Shown here: positions 6,964-9,726 of the stretch, one piece after another
Layout: every line of letters starts with the position of its first letter
Position numbering within the stretch: the stretch's first letter is position 1
DNA from: a virus
Taxonomy: Duplodnaviria > Heunggongvirae > Uroviricota > Caudoviricetes
DNA: 9,726 nucleotides
Direction: 5' to 3' (one strand)
Virus record (IMG/VR): IMGVR_UViG_2731957841_000002
Coordinates: 1-9,726 of that record
Position numbers and translations under genes: made by a program
Notes under the pieces: model-generated
What the model was told of the DNA's origin: nothing
Database searches by the model: none
Seen by the model: only the letters and a program-made list of their open reading frames with translations

Positions 6964-7254
6964 ATGAAAACAATGAAGCTAAACATCGACCTCGGAAAAT
7001 ACGTTATTACCGGAACCAAACACGACCTGATTCTTAGTGAAATAGGAATTATCAAAGAAGGTGAGAATGCAGGGAAAGAAACACTAAGTCGTATCGGTTA
7101 TTACAGCAAGTTTGAGCATCTGGTTAAAGAGTTATGCAACCGTGAAATTCTGTTATCTCAGGCGCAGACGTTACAGGATATTCAGCAGCATATCGAGACT
7201 TTATGTGTGTCACTTAGCATGGCTATTGACCAGTTCGTGGAGAGTAAATCATGA
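6964..7254 (+). CDS. Hypothetical protein (96 aa)
   Basis: GAGGAA RBS upstream of ATG 6964. The ORF track's longer version from 6814 overlaps the preceding gene and lacks an RBS. Confidence 0.6.
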   Translation: MKTMKLNIDLGKYVITGTKHDLILSEIGIIKEGENAGKETLSRIGYYSKFEHLVKELCNREILLSQAQTLQDIQQHIETLCVSLSMAIDQFVESKS

Positions 7255-7415
7255 GAGGACTTGCATACAATCCCGGCATTCTTCCGGCAGAAATGATTAT
7301 TCGCCAACGCGTAAAGCCAATGCCATCGAGAGAGGAATTGCTTAAGAGAAATTCTTTTCCGTCAGTAAATCAAAACAAATATCTGAATGCGATGTTGCGG
7401 AGTGGGAAAAAATGA
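7251..7415 (+). CDS. Hypothetical small basic protein (54 aa), translationally coupled at both ends
   Basis: Hand-translated: [58 protein letters not shown] overlap with the upstream gene stop and ATGA overlap with the downstream gene start. Below the ORF-track length cut-off. Confidence 0.35.
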   Translation: MRGLAYNPGILPAEMIIRQRVKPMPSREELLKRNSFPSVNQNKYLNAMLRSGKK

Positions 7416-7963
7416 AACAAATGTCACTAATTGAGATGGATGGTTTTCTGAAAGATAAATGCATCCCAAGTGATTTAAAGGTTAACGAAACAAACGCTGA
7501 ATATCTGGTGCGTAAATTTGCTGAAGCGGAGGCCAAGATTTCGGCTCTGTCCGAAGACCAGCAGAGAGCGATTGAGTCAATTAAGCAGGCTGATGCAGCT
7601 GTTAAGTTGGCACACGAGAAGTTTTCGGCGCTTGCGGCGGAGAATGCGGTAATGCTCGAAACTATTGAAGCCGTTCGCAGTGTTGCGGATAACTCCAGTG
7701 GAATTGCCGGATGGCATTTGAATGGCGATATCGCCACATGGGAAGAGATTCTTCCTGAAATTAACGATATCGAAACCCCAGCCACCGATGCTTTCCTGGC
7801 TGAAGTACGGGCGCAGGGGGTAGAGATGTACGCAGATAACCTCGACAACGTAGCAGACGACGCAGAACGAGGTGGTTTTGATTATGCCGTTAAGTTTCTA
7901 CGCAGTGAAGCGTCTAGTGTACGTTTGTTCGCCGACCAGCTTCGCAAAGGAGGCAACCAGTGA
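7412..7963 (+). CDS. Hypothetical acidic protein (183 aa)
   Basis: Operon context. GTGA overlap with the downstream gene. The antisense 168-aa ORF over the same region is low-complexity and judged spurious. Confidence 0.65.
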   Translation: MKQMSLIEMDGFLKDKCIPSDLKVNETNAEYLVRKFAEAEAKISALSEDQQRAIESIKQADAAVKLAHEKFSALAAENAVMLETIEAVRSVADNSSGIAGWHLNGDIATWEEILPEINDIETPATDAFLAEVRAQGVEMYADNLDNVADDAERGGFDYAVKFLRSEASSVRLFADQLRKGGNQ

Positions 7964-8484
7964 GCAAGATTGACTATCAGGCACTGCGTGAGTTAGCAAA
8001 ACAGGCAACACAGGGTGAATGGGTCGCATTTATTTCGCCGGGCAAATACGGCACGTACGCCGTACACACACCAGGTGATAATCATCACGGAGATATTGTC
8101 GACTGGCCAGGATTCGACGAACAGAAAAACGCAGAGAACAACGCTCGTTATATCGCAGCTTTCAACCCTGAAGTAGTGCTGGCACTGCTGGATGAACGGG
8201 AAAGAAACCAGCAATACATAAAACGCCGCGATCAGGAGAACGAGGAAATTGCGTTAACGGTAGGGAAGTTGCGCGTTGAGCTTGAGGCAGAAAAACAGCG
8301 GGCAAAGGATCTGTTTATGGAAAATGCTCGGCTTAAGTCAGGTATAGCCGGTCTGATACACCTCGGTATTCGATATGCAGATGTTGAGGTCATGAAAATT
8401 GCTGGAGATGCCCAGCTTTCTACCCCATGCACTGACAGCATCATAAACAGCATTGCAACAGGCATTCGCATCAAAGGAGAGTAA
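7960..8484 (+). CDS. Ead/Ea22-like early protein
   Basis: N-terminus [21 protein letters not shown] matches the conserved N-terminal signature of Ead/Ea22-like lambdoid early-left proteins as I recall it. GTG start with AAAGGAGG RBS. Confidence 0.75.
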   Translation: MSKIDYQALRELAKQATQGEWVAFISPGKYGTYAVHTPGDNHHGDIVDWPGFDEQKNAENNARYIAAFNPEVVLALLDERERNQQYIKRRDQENEEIALTVGKLRVELEAEKQRAKDLFMENARLKSGIAGLIHLGIRYADVEVMKIAGDAQLSTPCTDSIINSIATGIRIKGE

Positions 8485-8686
8485 TATGAGCAGGAATACG
8501 GGTTTGTAAAAGATAACGCTTGTGAAAATGCTGAATTTCGCGTCGTCTTCACAGCGATGCCAGAGTCTGTAGTGTCAGATGATGACCGTACTCAAACATC
8601 GGGTTGAGTATTATCTTACTGTTTCTTTACATAAACATTGCTGATACCGTTTAGCTGAAACGACATACATTGCAAGGAGTTTATAA

Positions 8687-8968
8687 ATGAGTATCAATGA
8701 GTTAGAGTCTGAGCAAAAAGATTGGGCGTTATCAATGTTGTGCAGATCCGGTGTCTTGTCTCCATGCAGACATCACGAAGGTGTTTATGTAGATGAAGGT
8801 ATAGATATAGAGTCGGCATACAAATATTCCATGAAGGTTTATAAGTCTAATGAAGACAAATCCCCATTCTGCAATGTGCGAGAAATGACTGATACCGTGC
8901 AAAATTATTATCACGAGTACGGTGGAAACGATACTTGCCCTCTCTGTACAAAACATATAGATGATTAA
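8687..8968 (+). CDS. Hypothetical Cys-containing small protein (93 aa), AT-rich
   Basis: AAGGAG RBS 8 nt upstream. Five Cys including a CPLC pair. Preceded by a 200-bp intergenic region and followed by tandem terminators, a moron-like arrangement. Confidence 0.6.
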   Translation: MSINELESEQKDWALSMLCRSGVLSPCRHHEGVYVDEGIDIESAYKYSMKVYKSNEDKSPFCNVREMTDTVQNYYHEYGGNDTCPLCTKHIDD

Positions 8969-8986
8969 ACCAAATATTACATAACA

Positions 8987-9015
8987 ATCCTCGCACTCGC
9001 GGGGATTTCTTTTAT
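8987..9015 (+). terminator. Intrinsic terminator (first of tandem pair)
   Basis: Stem ATCCTCGC / GCGGGGAT (one G-U wobble), 4-nt loop ACTC, followed by TTCTTTTAT. Confidence 0.5.
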
Positions 9016-9018
9016 CTG

Positions 9019-9044
9019 AACTCGCTACGGCGAGTTTTGTTTTA
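9019..9044 (+). terminator. Intrinsic terminator (second of tandem pair)
   Basis: Stem ACTCGC (9020-9025) / GCGAGT (9030-9035), loop TACG, followed by TTTGTTTTA. Confidence 0.55.
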
Positions 9045-9056
9045 TGGAGACAAGAA

Positions 9057-9401
9057 ATGTCAGATTTGGCTATGAAGGTTTTGAAATGGCAATCGACTAG
9101 CGATGTCAGTATCAGTAGCGCAACTCTTGCCTCAATCGCATGTGGACTGAAAAAGAATATCTATGGTCATCACTTCGGCGCTCCCCATGACGCAGCAGAC
9201 TTTCGGCGATGCGTTGCACTTGTTGAGCAGATTCCAGAAATCAGAGATTCATTCAACAAGGTTGCAAAGCGCGTTCCGGCATTCAAAGGAATCCTCAACG
9301 AATGGGATTCCCTCGTTGCTCTGTTGAAGTCTGAAATGAAGATACACGGAAACAAAGCACCAGAGACTTACAGAAGAATCAGCGAGCTACGCAAGGACTA
9401 A
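9057..9401 (+). CDS. Hypothetical protein (114 aa)
   Basis: GGAGA RBS upstream. Lies between the terminator pair and torI. A short hairpin (GCCTCA...TGAGGC, 9407-9425) follows it. Confidence 0.6.
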   Translation: MSDLAMKVLKWQSTSDVSISSATLASIACGLKKNIYGHHFGAPHDAADFRRCVALVEQIPEIRDSFNKVAKRVPAFKGILNEWDSLVALLKSEMKIHGNKAPETYRRISELRKD

Positions 9402-9525
9402 CCACCGCCTCACACTCGATGAGGCCTGTTCATTTCTCAAGATATCCAGACCTACCATTGCTGCATCAATGCGGCTTTTTATTGCCTGATTTGCAGGTTC
9501 AATTCCATATTCGGAGATAGCACTC

Positions 9526-9726
9526 ATGCAACACGAACTACAACCTGATTCACTGGTTGATTTGAAATTCATCATGGCTGATACTGGCTTCGGTAAGACC
9601 TTCATCTATGACCGGATTAAGTCCGGCGACCTGCCTAAAGCCAAAGTTATCCACGGACGAGCAAGATGGTTATATCGTGACCATTGTGAATTCAAAAATA
9701 AGCTCTTAAGCCGCGCCAATGGGTAA
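9526..9726 (+). CDS. torI: Excisionase / recombination directionality factor, TorI-like
   Basis: 66-aa protein MQHELQPDSLVDLKFIMADTGFGKTFIYDRIKSGDLPKAKVIHGRARWLYRDHCEFKNKLLSRANG matches TorI of E. coli KplE1 as I recall it. GGAGA RBS upstream. The window ends at its stop codon. Confidence 0.9.
   Translation: MQHELQPDSLVDLKFIMADTGFGKTFIYDRIKSGDLPKAKVIHGRARWLYRDHCEFKNKLLSRANG

Larger units (their letters stand above)
1..9726. mobile_element. Defective lambdoid prophage (KplE1/CPS-53-like architecture): integrase at left end, excisionase at right end, immunity region and early-left operon between; late genes largely deleted
   Basis: Gene content and order read from translations: P4-type integrase, cI/cro divergent pair, lambda-type nutL, Ead/Ea22-like gene, TorI-like RDF, tail-fibre remnants. 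No head, lysis or replication genes. Ends of element not visible. Confidence 0.8.

Noticed and set aside
6660-7415. Possible toxin-antitoxin pair among the small coupled ORFs
   Set aside because: No recognisable toxin or antitoxin fold or motif could be supported from sequence alone.
7342-7848. 168-aa ORF on the - strand
   Set aside because: Low-complexity Ser/Ala-rich product lying antisense to the coupled + strand operon genes, with no start context; judged spurious.
8232-8552. 106-aa - strand ORF
   Set aside because: Antisense overlap with the Ead/Ea22-like gene and the intergenic region; no RBS and an implausible composition.
6050-9401. Looked for a lambda N-like antiterminator (arginine-rich N-terminus) and for rexAB, exo/bet/gam or O/P homologues
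   Set aside because: None of the translated ORFs shows these signatures by eye; their absence is reported as a finding rather than annotated.

Overview
The window reads as one compact, defective lambdoid prophage resembling E. coli KplE1/CPS-53 (recognised from memory, not searched). A P4-type tyrosine integrase (IntS-like) starts at base 1 and a TorI-like excisionase ends at the last base, so both att sites lie outside the window. Between them, left to right: an AT-rich acyltransferase-3 (Oac-like) cargo gene; a leftward tail-fibre remnant (172-aa protein, 226-aa protein, glycine-rich fibre-like protein, and an unlisted 59-aa ORF); a deletion scar joining a truncated cro-like gene to the tail remnant; a lambda-like immunity region (divergent pR-like promoter, cI-type S24 repressor, terminator, pL-like promoter); a lambda-type nutL site; and a rightward early-left operon of small genes including an SSB-like protein and an Ead/Ea22-like protein. 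A Cys-rich AT-rich gene is followed by tandem intrinsic terminators, then a 114-aa ORF and torI. No replication, lysis, head or tail-shaft genes, no rRNA/tRNA and no CRISPR were seen. The most notable points are the nut site with no N-like protein, the terminator gate before the excisionase, the O-antigen-modification-type cargo beside the integrase, and the hybrid repressor. Every homology statement is from reading the translations and from memory of named families; no database search was run.
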